Shown one piece after another: positions 19,595 to 29,840 of a stretch of DNA of 64,000 nucleotides. The stretch comes from an uncultured Actinomycetes bacterium (GTDB lineage Bacteria > Actinomycetota > Thermoleophilia > Gaiellales > Gaiellaceae): assembly GCA_963762085.1 (NCBI GenBank), contig CAVXJD010000003.1:64506-128505 (forward strand), in the 5' to 3' direction. The translations under genes were made by a program, and so were the position numbers. The notes below the pieces were generated by a model that ran no database searches, was not told the DNA's origin, and saw only the letters and a list, made by a program, of their open reading frames with translations. Within the stretch, counting starts at the first letter, position 1. Each line of letters starts with the position of its first letter.

Positions 19595-20828
19595 CGCGGC
19601 CCCTCCCGTCACCAGGAATACGATCCTCCTCGCCGCGTCGCTTGCGACCGTCTCCGGCATGCTGCAGCTCGGGGCGGCAATCGCGACGATCACCTTCGTC
19701 CTCGTCACGGGCGTCGACGCCCTGCTGGGGCTCGGTCCCGCGATCCTCCTGTCCAGCGGCGCGGTCGCCGCGCTTTTCGCCGGGCGCGCCATGGACCGGC
19801 TCGGCCGGATCCCGGTCCTGGCGGCGGGCTACGCCGCGGGCCTGGCCGGCTCCGGTCTGATCGCCCTCGCCGCGCACGCGGAGTCGTCGTTCGCGCTGAT
19901 TCCCGGCCTGGCGATGGTCGGAGCATTCGCCGGAGTTGCGAACCTGACCCGGACCGCGGCAGGCGACATGTATCCGCCCGAGCGCCGCGCGCGCGGGATC
20001 TCGTTCGTCCTCTTCGGCTCCGTGTTCGGAGCGATCCTCGGGCCGGCGGTGTTTGCACCGCTTTTCGCAGGACGTGACCTCGAGGCGGAGTCGCTCGTCG
20101 TGCCGTGGCTCGCCGGCGGCGGCTTCCTCGTCGTCGGGCTTGCCCTCGTCCTCGCAGTCCGCCCGGATCCGAAGCGGATCGCCGAGCTGCTCGGAACGTC
20201 GCGCGGCACCCCGACCCCGGCCGCTGCCGCACCGCTCTCGGAGATCCTCCGGCGCCCGGGGGTACTTCCTGCGCTCCTGGCCGCGCTGGCGAGCTTCGGC
20301 GTCATGGTCAGCGTCATGAACCTGACCGGCTACGTCGTCGTGACCGAGCACGGGCACGAACAGCAGGACGTCTTCCCGATCATCGGGGCGCACGTCGCGG
20401 GGATGTATGCGCTCGTGCTCTTCGTGGGACCGGTGATCGACAGGATCGGACGCACCCAGGCACTCGTGGGCGGGCTCACGATCATGGCGCTTTCCTGCGT
20501 GCCGCTGGCCTGGGTTGGGAGCGTCGGCGTCACCGCGGTGCTCCTCTTCGGGCTCGGGCTCGGGTGGAACCTCTCCTTCGTGGCTGCCACCGCGCAGCTC
20601 GCCGACCTTACGTCCCCGGTCGAGCGGGGAACCCTGCTCGGCTTCAGCGATCTCCTGTCCGGGATCCTCGGGGCCTCGCTGGCCCTGCTCGGAGGCTTCG
20701 CGCTCGAGGCGCTCGGGGTCGTCGCGCTCGCAGCCGGAGCGACCGTGATCGCGCTCGCTCCCATCACGCTCATCGTGCGCCGCCGGATGCGGCAAGACCC
20801 CGCTCTTGCTACCATCTCCGACCGCTGA
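19572..20828 (+). CDS. MFS transporter
   Basis: 418 aa and polytopic. Contains the MFS motif GRAMDRLGR. Confidence 0.8.
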   Translation: MSSVSAGSAAPPVTRNTILLAASLATVSGMLQLGAAIATITFVLVTGVDALLGLGPAILLSSGAVAALFAGRAMDRLGRIPVLAAGYAAGLAGSGLIALAAHAESSFALIPGLAMVGAFAGVANLTRTAAGDMYPPERRARGISFVLFGSVFGAILGPAVFAPLFAGRDLEAESLVVPWLAGGGFLVVGLALVLAVRPDPKRIAELLGTSRGTPTPAAAAPLSEILRRPGVLPALLAALASFGVMVSVMNLTGYVVVTEHGHEQQDVFPIIGAHVAGMYALVLFVGPVIDRIGRTQALVGGLTIMALSCVPLAWVGSVGVTAVLLFGLGLGWNLSFVAATAQLADLTSPVERGTLLGFSDLLSGILGASLALLGGFALEALGVVALAAGATVIALAPITLIVRRRMRQDPALATISDR

Positions 20829-20853
20829 GGCGGACCCGCGTCCGCCCTTTTCT
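20829..20853 (+). terminator. rho-independent terminator
   Basis: GGCGGAC-CCGC-GTCCGCC followed by CTTTTCT, immediately after the MFS stop. Confidence 0.7.
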
Positions 20854-20856
20854 GCG

Positions 20857-21288
20857 ATGAAGACCTGGAACGCGAAAGCGCATGAGATCGAGCGACGCTG
20901 GTACGTCGTGGACGCCGAGGGCGAGACCCTGGGCAGGTTGGCGACCCGCATTGCCGACACGCTCCGCGGCAAGCGAAAGCCCGAGTTCACGCCCCACGTG
21001 GACACCGGGGACTTCGTCGTCGTCGTGAACGCCGAAAAGATCTCCGTGACCGGCAACAAGCTTCAGCAAAAGCGCTACTACCGTCACTCGGGGTATCCGG
21101 GCGGCCTGCGCTCGCGAACGCTCGCGGAGCAGCTCGACCGGCGCCCCACGGAGGTCATCCGGAAGGCCGTCAAGGGCATGCTCCCCCGCAACCGGCTCGC
21201 GAACCGCCAGATCACCAAGCTCAAGGTCTACGCGGGGCCGGACCATCCGCACGAGGCCCAGGATCCACAACCCTTGCCCGAGTCGTGA
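20857..21288 (+). CDS. rplM: 50S ribosomal protein L13
   Basis: ATG at 20857. [61 protein letters not shown]. Confidence 0.95.
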   Translation: MKTWNAKAHEIERRWYVVDAEGETLGRLATRIADTLRGKRKPEFTPHVDTGDFVVVVNAEKISVTGNKLQQKRYYRHSGYPGGLRSRTLAEQLDRRPTEVIRKAVKGMLPRNRLANRQITKLKVYAGPDHPHEAQDPQPLPES

Positions 21289-21680
21289 GCCAGCTCGCGC
21301 AGTATCAGGGCACGGGGAAGCGCAAGACCTCGGTCGCCCGAGTCATCCTGCGTCCGGGCGACGGCCAGACGTGGATCAACGGTCGCACGCTCGAGGAGTA
21401 CTTTCCGCGGCAGGTGCTTCGTACCGTGGCCACGATGCCGCTCCGCACCGCCGGTGTCGAAGGGACGTTCGACATCCGAGCGAGACTCCACGGGGGCGGG
21501 CCGGCAGGACAGGCGGGCGCGCTTCGGCACGGAATCGCCCGGGCGCTGATCGAGGCCGACCCCGAGCTTCGCACCGTCCTGAAGCGCGAGGGGTTCCTGA
21601 CGCGCGACGCTCGCATCGTCGAGCGCAAGAAGGCCGGGCTTCGCAAAGCCCGCAAGCGCCCGCAGTTCTCGAAACGTTAG
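21285..21680 (+). CDS. rpsI: 30S ribosomal protein S9
   Basis: 131 aa with the C-terminus [21 protein letters not shown]-type overlap with rplM. Confidence 0.95.
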   Translation: MSQLAQYQGTGKRKTSVARVILRPGDGQTWINGRTLEEYFPRQVLRTVATMPLRTAGVEGTFDIRARLHGGGPAGQAGALRHGIARALIEADPELRTVLKREGFLTRDARIVERKKAGLRKARKRPQFSKR

Positions 21681-21684
21681 ACCC

Positions 21685-22323
21685 CTAGAGCCGGTCGCGG
21701 ATCGCGTCGAGGTCCGGGTCGCTCGCAGCCCGTTCGCGTAGCTCCGGGTTCAGCTCGAGCGCGCGCTGAACGTGCGCGACGGCCGCGTCGTGGTCGCCGG
21801 CGAGTGCCTCGAAGCAGCCGAGGTTGTAGAGCAGGCTCGGGTTGTCCGGGTGGTCGGCCATGCCGTCCGCCAGCATCTGGGCAGCCTTGTCGTACTCGCC
21901 CGCCTCGACATGCGGTCCGGCGGCGAACCAGAGCTCCCAGGCGGAAGGGTGGAAAGCCTCGTCGCGCGGACCCCCCATCGCGAGGACGGTGGACTTCGGC
22001 TCCTTCGCGACCGCGTAGCGCCTGACGGCGGGTTCACGGATGAAAATCAGGGTGCCCTCGGGAGCATCCACCTCCTCGTTTCCGAGCGAGAAGGTCGCAT
22101 GGCCTGACGCGACGTAGTAGAGCTCCTCATGATCGCCGCCGCCGCTCCCGAGCTCATCATGATCCTCGACCAGTTCGTCCCCGGCGTTCTCCGCTGTGTA
22201 AGCGTTGACACCGAAGGCGCCGATGTCGAAGCGCCGGCGGATGGGCCGCCAGACGAGGGTCCCGTTGATCGGGATGGCGTCTAGCTCCGAGAGGTGAGCG
22301 GTATCGAAAGGCTTCGCGTCCAT
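21685..22323 (-). CDS. cupin domain protein with C-terminal TPR-like repeats
   Basis: The ATG at 22323 gives 212 aa. The cupin core is HDELGSGGGDHEELYYVASGHATF. The TPR-like tail is NLGCFEALAGDHDAAVAHVQRALELNP. Confidence 0.6.
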   Translation of the reverse strand: MDAKPFDTAHLSELDAIPINGTLVWRPIRRRFDIGAFGVNAYTAENAGDELVEDHDELGSGGGDHEELYYVASGHATFSLGNEEVDAPEGTLIFIREPAVRRYAVAKEPKSTVLAMGGPRDEAFHPSAWELWFAAGPHVEAGEYDKAAQMLADGMADHPDNPSLLYNLGCFEALAGDHDAAVAHVQRALELNPELRERAASDPDLDAIRDRL

Positions 22324-22361
22324 GGCACGGAAGTCTTCCACACGGCTACCGTTGCGCGGTC

Positions 22362-23624
22362 GTGCGCCGCTATTTCGGAACGGACGGTGTCCGCGGGGTC
22401 TTCGGTGAAGAGTTGACCGAGGACCTCGTCGAGCGACTCGGTCTCGCGTTCGCAATGTGGACGGAAGGAAAGCCGGTGCTGATCGGTCGCGACACCCGGG
22501 GTTCCGGGCCCGCGCTCGAGAGCGCTCTTGCGCGAGGGCTCGCGACGGGCGGCTCCGACTCGATTCTCGGCGGCATCCTCCCGACGCCTGCGGTCGCCCT
22601 GCTCGCGGAGAGCTCCGGCGCGGTCGTCTCCGCGTCCCACAACCCGGCGGAGTACAACGGCATCAAGCTCTTCGGGCCAGGCGGCTCGAAGCTCGAAGAC
22701 GAAGAAGAGGAGGCGATTGAGGCGCTGCTCGACGCTGCGCCCGTGGGCGGCGGCCAGATCCGGGAAGTCGAGGGTCTCGGCGAGCGCTACGTCGATCTCG
22801 TGTGTGAGCGCTTCGGCGCGCCACTCGACAGGCTTCAGCTCTGTGTGGATTGTGCGAACGGGGCCATGTACGAGGTTGCTCCGCGAGCGCTGGAGCGGCT
22901 CGGCGGGGACGTCACGGTGATCGCCGCGGCGCCCGATGGCACGAACATCAACGCCGGCTGTGGCGCCACCGACCTCGGCTTGCTCTCGAATACGGTCGAG
23001 TCGGGGGACTTCGACCTGGGCGTTGCCTTTGACGGCGACGGCGATCGGCTGCTGGCCGTCGACGCGTCGGGGAATCCCGTCGACGGTGACGGCATCCTCG
23101 CCGTGCTTGCCCTCAGTCTCGGCGTCGACCTCGTGGCGGTGACGTCGATGACCAACCTCGGCTTCCATCGCCTCATGTCAGACCACGACATTCGCGTGGT
23201 CACGACCGACGTGGGCGACCGTTATGTGCTCGAAGCCCTCCGGGCAGAGGGCGGCGTCCTCGGAGGCGAGCAGTCGGGCCACGTCCTCTACCTGGACGGA
23301 CACGTGACCGGCGACGGCCTCGTGGCGGCGATCCTCTTGTTGCGTGCAGTCGCCGAGAGCGGCAAGCCGCTCGCCGAGCTCGTGGCGCCGCTGGCTCGCT
23401 TTCCCCAGGCAAAGCGTGACGTCAGGGTGACCCGGAAGGAGCTCTCGCCTGCCGTCCAGGAAGCGGTGAGGCAGGCGAACGCAGATCTCAACCATGGCCG
23501 AGTGCTCGTGCGGCCTTCGGGAACCGAGCCGGTCGTCCGCATCCTCGTGGAGGCGGAAAACGAGTCCGATGCGGAAAAGCTCTGTGATACCATCGCGGCC
23601 CTCGTAAACCAGGAGCTCGGCTGA
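22362..23624 (+). CDS. glmM: phosphoglucosamine mutase
   Basis: 420 aa. RYFGTDGVRG and the phosphoserine loop SASHNPAEYNGIK. Confidence 0.9.
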   Translation: MRRYFGTDGVRGVFGEELTEDLVERLGLAFAMWTEGKPVLIGRDTRGSGPALESALARGLATGGSDSILGGILPTPAVALLAESSGAVVSASHNPAEYNGIKLFGPGGSKLEDEEEEAIEALLDAAPVGGGQIREVEGLGERYVDLVCERFGAPLDRLQLCVDCANGAMYEVAPRALERLGGDVTVIAAAPDGTNINAGCGATDLGLLSNTVESGDFDLGVAFDGDGDRLLAVDASGNPVDGDGILAVLALSLGVDLVAVTSMTNLGFHRLMSDHDIRVVTTDVGDRYVLEALRAEGGVLGGEQSGHVLYLDGHVTGDGLVAAILLLRAVAESGKPLAELVAPLARFPQAKRDVRVTRKELSPAVQEAVRQANADLNHGRVLVRPSGTEPVVRILVEAENESDAEKLCDTIAALVNQELG

Positions 23625-23712
23625 CCGCCGGGCTTCAGTTTTCAGGCGGTATTTGCAGGGGAAAAAGCGGTACCAAGTAACAACCCGACGACGGGGAAGG
23701 GAGGCGGCTTCA

Positions 23713-25536
23713 GTGTGCGGAATTATCGGATACGTAGGCTCGAGAGCCGCCAAGGAGCTCCTTCTCAGCGGCCTGGAGCGGCTCGAGTATCGAGGGTATG
23801 ACTCCGCCGGGCTCTGTCTCATCGAGGACGAAGGCCTCGACTTCGTTCGGGCGGTTGGCAATCTCGACCACCTGAAGGCGGCTGCCGGGCCGAATGGCTC
23901 GGTGTCGACGACCGGCGTCGGCCACACCCGCTGGGCGACGCACGGACGGGTCTCCGAGGAGAACGCACACCCGCTCGAGGGCTGTGTGCCGGGCGAGCTC
24001 GCGCTCGTCCTGAATGGGATCGTCGAGAACTTCGTCGAGCTCCGCGCGTCGCTGCTCGCCGACGACCACACGTTCACGTCGGAGACCGACGCCGAGGTCG
24101 TCGCGCACCTGGTCGAGCGTCACTACCAGGGCGATCTCGTCGAGGCCGTGCGAGCCGCCTATTCCGATCTGGAAGGTCACTTCGCCTTCGTCGTCATCCA
24201 CAGCGCGCATCCCGGCCTGCTCGTGGGCGCGAGGCTTCAGTGCCCGTTGGTGGTCGGCCTCTCCGACGGTGAGACCTTCCTCGCGTCGTCGATCGCAGCC
24301 TTCCAGCGCGAGACCCACCGCGTGCAGCTGATCGAGGACGGCGAGGTCGTCGCGATCACGCCCGAGGGCGCCATCTTCTTCTCGGCCGACGAGGGCATTC
24401 GCAGCCGCGACGAGCTCCTGGTCGACTGGGACGACGAATCGGTGGAGAAGCAGGGCTACGAGAGCTTCATGTTGAAGGAGATCTACGAGCAGCCCTGCGC
24501 CGTGGAGCGAACGATCGAGGAGTACCTGCCGAGCGGTTCGTTCGAGCTCGACCTTGCGCTCACCGACCTCGAGGTCCAGAACCTCCGGCGCGTCGTCGTC
24601 CTCGCCTGCGGCACCGCTTACCACGCAGGCGTGGTCGGGCGCTATGTGATCGAGGAATGGGCTCGACTCCCGTGCGAGCCTGACATCGCGAGCGAGTGGC
24701 GCTACCGGCACCCGGTCCTGACCAAGGACACGCTCGTGATCGGCATCTCCCAGTCTGGCGAGACCGCGGACACGATCGCCGCCATGGCCCGTGCCCGCGA
24801 GTCGGGCGCGCGAACGGTCGCCGTCACGAACCTCCAGGGGACGCAGATCACCCGAGAGGTCGAGAAGGTTCTCTACACGAGGGCGGGGCTGGAGATGGGC
24901 GTCGCCGCCTCGAAGACTTTCACCGCCCAGCTCGCCGTCATGTTCCTCGTGGCGCTGAAGCTCGCCCAGCTCCGGCGCACGCTTCCCGACGACGAGATCG
25001 CCGGCCTGCTCGAGGAGGTCTGTGCGCTGCCCGACAAGATGCGCACCTACCTGAACGCGGACCATCCAATCGAGGAGATCGCGCAGCGCCACCACGATAA
25101 GCCCTTCTTCCTCTACCTCGGTCGTCACATCGGCTTGCCGGTAGCGCTCGAGGGGGCCCTGAAGCTGAAGGAGATCTCGTACATCCCGACGGAGGCGTAC
25201 TCGGCGGGCGAGATGAAGCACGGCCCGATCGCGCTTCTCGATGCGTCGACGCCGGTCGTCTGCATCGCCACCGACTCCCACGTGTACGACAAAGTCGTCT
25301 CGAACATCCAGGAGGTGCGGGCGCGGGGAGCGCAGGTGATCGCGATCGCCACCGACGGGAACGAGGACATCCAGCACCATGCCGACGACGTCATCTACGT
25401 GCCGCGCTCCCACCCGTTCCTGCAGGCCGCGCTCGCCGTCATCCCACTGCAGCTGCTCGCGTACCGGATCGCCCGCATCCGCGGCATGAACGTCGATCAG
25501 CCGCGGAACCTCGCGAAGACCGTCACCGTCGAGTAG
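23713..25536 (+). CDS. glmS: glutamine-fructose-6-phosphate aminotransferase
   Basis: The GTG at 23713 follows GGGAAGGGAGG and gives the N-terminal nucleophile CGIIGYVG. Two SIS domains are present. The C-terminus is NLAKTVTVE. Confidence 0.95.
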   Translation: MCGIIGYVGSRAAKELLLSGLERLEYRGYDSAGLCLIEDEGLDFVRAVGNLDHLKAAAGPNGSVSTTGVGHTRWATHGRVSEENAHPLEGCVPGELALVLNGIVENFVELRASLLADDHTFTSETDAEVVAHLVERHYQGDLVEAVRAAYSDLEGHFAFVVIHSAHPGLLVGARLQCPLVVGLSDGETFLASSIAAFQRETHRVQLIEDGEVVAITPEGAIFFSADEGIRSRDELLVDWDDESVEKQGYESFMLKEIYEQPCAVERTIEEYLPSGSFELDLALTDLEVQNLRRVVVLACGTAYHAGVVGRYVIEEWARLPCEPDIASEWRYRHPVLTKDTLVIGISQSGETADTIAAMARARESGARTVAVTNLQGTQITREVEKVLYTRAGLEMGVAASKTFTAQLAVMFLVALKLAQLRRTLPDDEIAGLLEEVCALPDKMRTYLNADHPIEEIAQRHHDKPFFLYLGRHIGLPVALEGALKLKEISYIPTEAYSAGEMKHGPIALLDASTPVVCIATDSHVYDKVVSNIQEVRARGAQVIAIATDGNEDIQHHADDVIYVPRSHPFLQAALAVIPLQLLAYRIARIRGMNVDQPRNLAKTVTVE

Positions 25537-25600
25537 AGAAGCTTGCCCTCGGGACGGCATCGGTCTTAGGATCGTGCCGTTCCGACCTAGGGAGGCCGGC

Positions 25601-25852
25601 TTGCCGCTTTACATGGACGTGCACACCATGGAGGGAGGAGTCTCGGCAGACGATGTCGCCGGGGCGCACGCGAAAGACATCGAGCACCAGCACGAACACG
25701 GCGTGGATTTCAAGCAGTACTGGGTCGACGAGAAGCAGGGGAAGATCTTCTGCCTCGTCGAGGCGCCCAACGCTGACGCCGCGGTGACCGTCCATCGCGA
25801 GGCACACGGTCTCGTCCCAGACGAGATCTACGAGGTCAGGGAAGGCAGCTAG
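25601..25852 (+). CDS. DUF4242-like small protein (SCO4226-type)
   Basis: The TTG at 25601 follows GGGAGG and gives (M)PLYMDVHTMEGGVSADDVAGAHAKD...FCLVEAPNADAAVTVHREAHG. The ATG at 25613 is an alternative start. Confidence 0.6.
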   Translation: MPLYMDVHTMEGGVSADDVAGAHAKDIEHQHEHGVDFKQYWVDEKQGKIFCLVEAPNADAAVTVHREAHGLVPDEIYEVREGS

Positions 25853-25857
25853 AGCCG

Positions 25858-26280
25858 CTACTCGTCCGCGGGCGGCCGGCGCAACCGCTTCCGCGTGGAC
25901 TGCTGGCGCTTGTCCTCCAGGCGCCGCTCGCGGGCAGCTTTGCCCGGGCGGGTGGGTCGGCGCTTGCGCTCGACCTTGAGGCCGTCTCGAATCGCGTCCG
26001 CCAGCCGGCCGAGTGCCAGCTCGCGGTTTCGCCACTGGCTGCGCTCATCCTGGGCGACCGCGCGGACAACCGGCCCGCGCTTGCCGTGGAGCCGAAGCTT
26101 CTGGGCCGGGCTAAGGGTCTGGGAGGCCTCGACGTCGAAGATGGCCTCAACACGCGTCTCGGTCTTCTGTGCGTGCTGGCCGCCGGGCCCGCTCGAACGG
26201 GAGGTGCGAAGCTCGACCTCCCCGAGCGGGATCTCAAGTCGTGGCGTCACCTGAATAGACTCGCCTGCGATGGCGGCCAT
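25858..26280 (-). CDS. arfB: alternative ribosome-rescue factor ArfB (peptidyl-tRNA hydrolase, RF-1 domain)
   Basis: The ATG at 26280 gives 140 aa. Contains RSSGPGGQHAQKTETRVE (GGQ motif) and a basic C-terminal tail. Confidence 0.8.
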   Translation of the reverse strand: MAAIAGESIQVTPRLEIPLGEVELRTSRSSGPGGQHAQKTETRVEAIFDVEASQTLSPAQKLRLHGKRGPVVRAVAQDERSQWRNRELALGRLADAIRDGLKVERKRRPTRPGKAARERRLEDKRQQSTRKRLRRPPADE

Positions 26281-27050
26281 TCTCGTCGACATCGACGGTG
26301 TCCTGCACGTCTCCGGCGCGCCGATTCCCGGCGCAGCCGAAGGCATCGAGTGCCTGCGGGCCGATGGTCATGTCCTGCGCTTCGTCACGAACAACACGAC
26401 GAGGGCGCGGGCGCGCCTGGCGGAGGAGCTCCGCGCGATCGGAGTCCCGATCGGGGAGGACGAGATCGAGACGACCCCGCTCGCCGCGGGCAAGCTGCTG
26501 GCCGGGGAGCGGGTTCTCGCCCTCGTCATGGCCGCGATCCGTTCCGACCTGGAGCTGAACGCCACGCTCGTCGACTCGGACGCCGACGTCGTGCTCCTCG
26601 GTGGCGCCGACGAGACCGAGGAGACACAGCGTGTCTTCTCGTATTCGAATCTGAGCCGGGCATTCGCCGAGCTCGAAAACGGTGCCCGCCTCGTTTGCCT
26701 GCACCGGAACCGCTGGTGGCAGACCTCTCAAGGGACCGCTCCTCGATGCGGGGGCATTCGTCGCAGGGCTCGAGTACTCGGCGGGCGTTGAGGCCGAGGT
26801 GGTGGGGAAGCCGACGCGTGCCTATTTCGAGGCTGCTCTGGGCGAGCTGGGCGCGAATCCCGAAGACGCGGTCATGGTCGGCGACGACATCGAAGCGGAC
26901 ATCGGCGGCGCGAAAGCACTTGCCATGCGCGCGGTGCTCGTCCGCACTGGGAAGTTCCGGGAGGACTCGCTCGCAGCTTCAGAGCACAAGCCGGACGCCG
27001 TCCTCGACTCGATCGCCGACCTTCCGGCCTGGCTGGCGGAGGCGGCATGA
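26270..27050 (+). pseudogene. HAD-superfamily subfamily IIA hydrolase with an apparent +1 frameshift
   Basis: The N-terminal half is in frame 26270 (MAAILVDIDGVLH...LVCLHRNRWWQTS). The C-terminal half is in frame 26682 (GPLLDAGAFVAGLEY...GKPTRAYFE...MVGDDIEADIGGAK). The junction is near 26726-26735. Confidence 0.7.
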
Positions 27051-27409
27051 GGATCGGCATCGACCTGATCGAGATCGCCCGCGTCGAGCGCTCGCTCGTC
27101 CGCTACGAGGCATTCCGCGAACGGGTCTTCACGGAGGAGGAGCGCCGTTACTGCGACTCGCGGCCGAATCCCGCCCAGCACTATGCGGCCCGCTTCGCCG
27201 GTAAGGAGGCGGTCGGAAAGGCGCTCGGCTGCGGCGTCCGTTTCACCTGGCGGGAGATCGAGATCGCAGGCCGACCTAAGCCCGGTGTCCGTCTCTCGGG
27301 CTGGACGAAGGGCTGGGCCGAGCGCGTGCGGGCGGGCGAGATCGATCTCTCCATGACCCACTCGAGGGACCTTGCTGCAGCGATCTGCGTCGTCGGCGAT
27401 GTGGACTGA
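27047..27409 (+). CDS. acpS: holo-[acyl-carrier-protein] synthase
   Basis: 120 aa. MRIGIDLIEIARV...FAGKEAVGKALG...ISMTHSRDLAAA. Confidence 0.9.
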   Translation: MRIGIDLIEIARVERSLVRYEAFRERVFTEEERRYCDSRPNPAQHYAARFAGKEAVGKALGCGVRFTWREIEIAGRPKPGVRLSGWTKGWAERVRAGEIDLSMTHSRDLAAAICVVGDVD

Positions 27410-28904
27410 GCCCCTCTACACCGCCGCCGAGATGCGGGCGGCGGAGGAGGCATTCGAGGGCACGACGCTCGAGTTGATGGAGCGCGCGGGTGCCGCCGCC
27501 GCCGCGGTGGCGCTACGGCGGTTCGCCGCCGCGGAGCGCTTCACCGTCTGGTGTGGCACGGGTGCGAATGGAGGCGACGGGTTCGTCGTCGCCCGGATCC
27601 TTCACGAAGCCGGGCGCGCGGTCGAGGTCGTTCTCGCTGGGGCGGAGGATAAGGTGAAGGGAGATGCTGCGGCGAACCTGGCGCGCGTCAAAGAGCTCGG
27701 GATCCGGTTCGCCGAGACCGGGAGGAGCGCCGACCTGGTCGTCGACGCGCTCTTCGGGACGGGCTTTCGCGGCTCCCCACGAGCGGAGGCTGCGCGCCAC
27801 ATCGAGGAGATCAACTCGCTCGACGCCTCGGTGCTCTCGTTGGACGTCCCATCCGGTGTCGACGCCTCGACCGGGGAAGTGGGCGGCCCCGCGGTTCAGG
27901 CTGACGCCACGGTCACCTTCCACGCGCTAAAGGTGGGGCTTGCGGTCGCGCCCGGGCGGTTTTGCGCGGGCGAGGTCGAAGTGGCGGACATCGGCCTTAC
28001 CCTCGCCGACACCCGGCACGCGCGGGTTAGGGAGGCGATCCTGGACGTCGTTCCTCGTCGGAAGCCGACAGACAACAAGTACACGGCCGGATCGGTCCTG
28101 GTCGTCGGCGGTTCGACGGGTTACACGGGGGCGCCCTCCCTGACCGCCGAGGCAACGATGCGGGCAGGAGCGGGGATCGTCACCGTCTGCGTGCCCGCGC
28201 CCAGCAACCTCGTGTTGGAGGTGAGACTTCTGGAGGCGATGTCGCGCCCCTGCCCTGCCGACAGCGAAGGCCGGATGACCGCCGAGGCTGCGGACACCAT
28301 CCTGGAGGCGGCCAAGCGTGCCGGCGCGGTCGCGATCGGCCCCGGTCTAGGGCGGAGCGACGGCACGCGCGAGCTCGTCCGGATCCTTCTCGACCGGCTG
28401 GACGTGCCAGTCGTGCTCGACGCAGACGGGCTCTGGGCACTAACGGGGCACCTGGAGTGGGTTTTCTCACGGGACGCGGGGACGGTGCTGACGCCGCATG
28501 CGGGCGAGCTGGGGCGCCTCCTTGGCCGAACGTCGGACTGGGTGTCTGCACACCGCCTGGACGCCGTCCAGGGCGGCGCGGACGACGTCGGCGCGACCGT
28601 GCTCCTGAAGGGTGCAGATGCGCTCGTCGCCGCGCCGGGTCGAGGCGTCCTCGTCTGCGACCTCGGGAACCCGGGCCTGGCGACGGCAGGCACGGGAGAC
28701 GTCCTCACCGGCATCGTCGCCGCCTTTCTGGCCAAGGGGATGAAGCCGACCGAGGCTGCGGCGGCGGCCGTCGCCGCCGGAGGGGTCGCGGCAGGCCTGG
28801 CTGCGCAGAGCGAGGGAACCGCCGGGATGCTCGCCCGCGACCTCGTCGGAGCGCTCTCGCCGGCGCTCTCCTCCAGGGTTGAATCGAACCGTGACGCCGA
28901 CTAG
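27399..28904 (+). CDS. nnr: bifunctional NAD(P)H-hydrate repair enzyme (epimerase/dehydratase, YjeF)
   Basis: The ATG at 27399 overlaps acpS by 11 nt. The N-terminal YjeF-N domain contains GNGGDGFVVAR. The C-terminal carbohydrate-kinase-like domain contains GTGDVLTG. Confidence 0.85.
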   Translation: MWTEPLYTAAEMRAAEEAFEGTTLELMERAGAAAAAVALRRFAAAERFTVWCGTGANGGDGFVVARILHEAGRAVEVVLAGAEDKVKGDAAANLARVKELGIRFAETGRSADLVVDALFGTGFRGSPRAEAARHIEEINSLDASVLSLDVPSGVDASTGEVGGPAVQADATVTFHALKVGLAVAPGRFCAGEVEVADIGLTLADTRHARVREAILDVVPRRKPTDNKYTAGSVLVVGGSTGYTGAPSLTAEATMRAGAGIVTVCVPAPSNLVLEVRLLEAMSRPCPADSEGRMTAEAADTILEAAKRAGAVAIGPGLGRSDGTRELVRILLDRLDVPVVLDADGLWALTGHLEWVFSRDAGTVLTPHAGELGRLLGRTSDWVSAHRLDAVQGGADDVGATVLLKGADALVAAPGRGVLVCDLGNPGLATAGTGDVLTGIVAAFLAKGMKPTEAAAAAVAAGGVAAGLAAQSEGTAGMLARDLVGALSPALSSRVESNRDAD

Positions 28905-29805
28905 ATTGGAGCTCGTGCTTCCCCGGGCTTTCGTCTTCGCGGCCCTGATCGCGCTCGTGGTTGCCGGCGCAGCTTCAGCGGCGTTTCCGGGCCGGAACGG
29001 GAAGATCGCCTACACCCGCAGCACAGACCTCGCACTCCACTACGACGTCTTCACGATGCGCTCCGACGGGACGGTCAAGAGGAACATCACGTCGAGTGCC
29101 ACGGACGAGTTCGACCCGGCCTGGTCGGCGGACGGGAAGCGGTTTGCATATGTGCGCGGCGCCGGCGGGAACTTCGACGTCTTCACGATGGAAGCCAACG
29201 GCAGCAACCGAATCAGAGTCGCCTTTGGTGCCGGGGTTCAGTGGGAGCCCGCCTGGGCTCCCGACGGCACCAAGGTCGTGTTCGCGAGCGATGCCGACGG
29301 CGACTTCGAGATCTGCGTCGTCGAACTCAGCACAGGCATTGTCACGCAGCTGACGACGAACAGTGCCTCCGACGGCCAGCCGGTCTGGTCGAAGCAGGGC
29401 AGGATCGCTTTCGCCAGCAACTCGGACGGCGACTTCGAGCTCTACACGATGAAGCCCGACGGGAGCGATCTCCGCCAGGTCACCCACAACCTCGTTTCGG
29501 ATACGGCGCCGAACTGGGCTCCGGGCGGCGTGCGGCTCGCGTTTGCCCGCAGGGTTGGCGCGAGGAGCGAGATCTATGTCATCAAGGCGGATGGCACCCA
29601 AGTGCACCGTCTGACGAGGAATCAGAAGACGGATTCCGCGCCGGCCTGGTCGCCGAACGGGAGGAAAATCGCTTTCCAGCGCCAGTGGGAAAACACCGAC
29701 CTGAGTGGTCGAATCTGGACGATGCTGAGGGACGGGACGATTCAGCGCCCTCGGACGCCTCGTTCCTCTGACGCGAAGCAACCCGACTGGCAACCGCTCC
29801 CCTAG
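28879..29805 (+). CDS. secreted TolB-like beta-propeller (PD40 repeat) protein
   Basis: 308 aa with a signal/TM N-terminus. Repeated units follow the pattern G-x-I-A-F/Y...D-x-x-P-x-W-S-P-D-G. The start is uncertain (TTG 28879 or GTG 28891). Confidence 0.7.
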   Translation: MNRTVTPTRLELVLPRAFVFAALIALVVAGAASAAFPGRNGKIAYTRSTDLALHYDVFTMRSDGTVKRNITSSATDEFDPAWSADGKRFAYVRGAGGNFDVFTMEANGSNRIRVAFGAGVQWEPAWAPDGTKVVFASDADGDFEICVVELSTGIVTQLTTNSASDGQPVWSKQGRIAFASNSDGDFELYTMKPDGSDLRQVTHNLVSDTAPNWAPGGVRLAFARRVGARSEIYVIKADGTQVHRLTRNQKTDSAPAWSPNGRKIAFQRQWENTDLSGRIWTMLRDGTIQRPRTPRSSDAKQPDWQPLP

Positions 29806-29840
29806 GGACGCGCCCGGCCTCGCCACTATCGTTCGGCGCG

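Noticed and set aside
23625-23712. glmS ribozyme upstream of glmS
   Set aside because: Only 88 nt separate glmM and glmS, which is too short for the roughly 170-nt ribozyme. None of the conserved core strings is visible. The genes look simply co-transcribed.
25537-25600. A hairpin after glmS (GGGACGGCA...TGCCGTTCC) as a terminator
   Set aside because: The stem is imperfect, the loop is 15 nt and there is no U-tract. It also overlaps a TAGGAT -10-like box for the next gene. The evidence is too weak to annotate.
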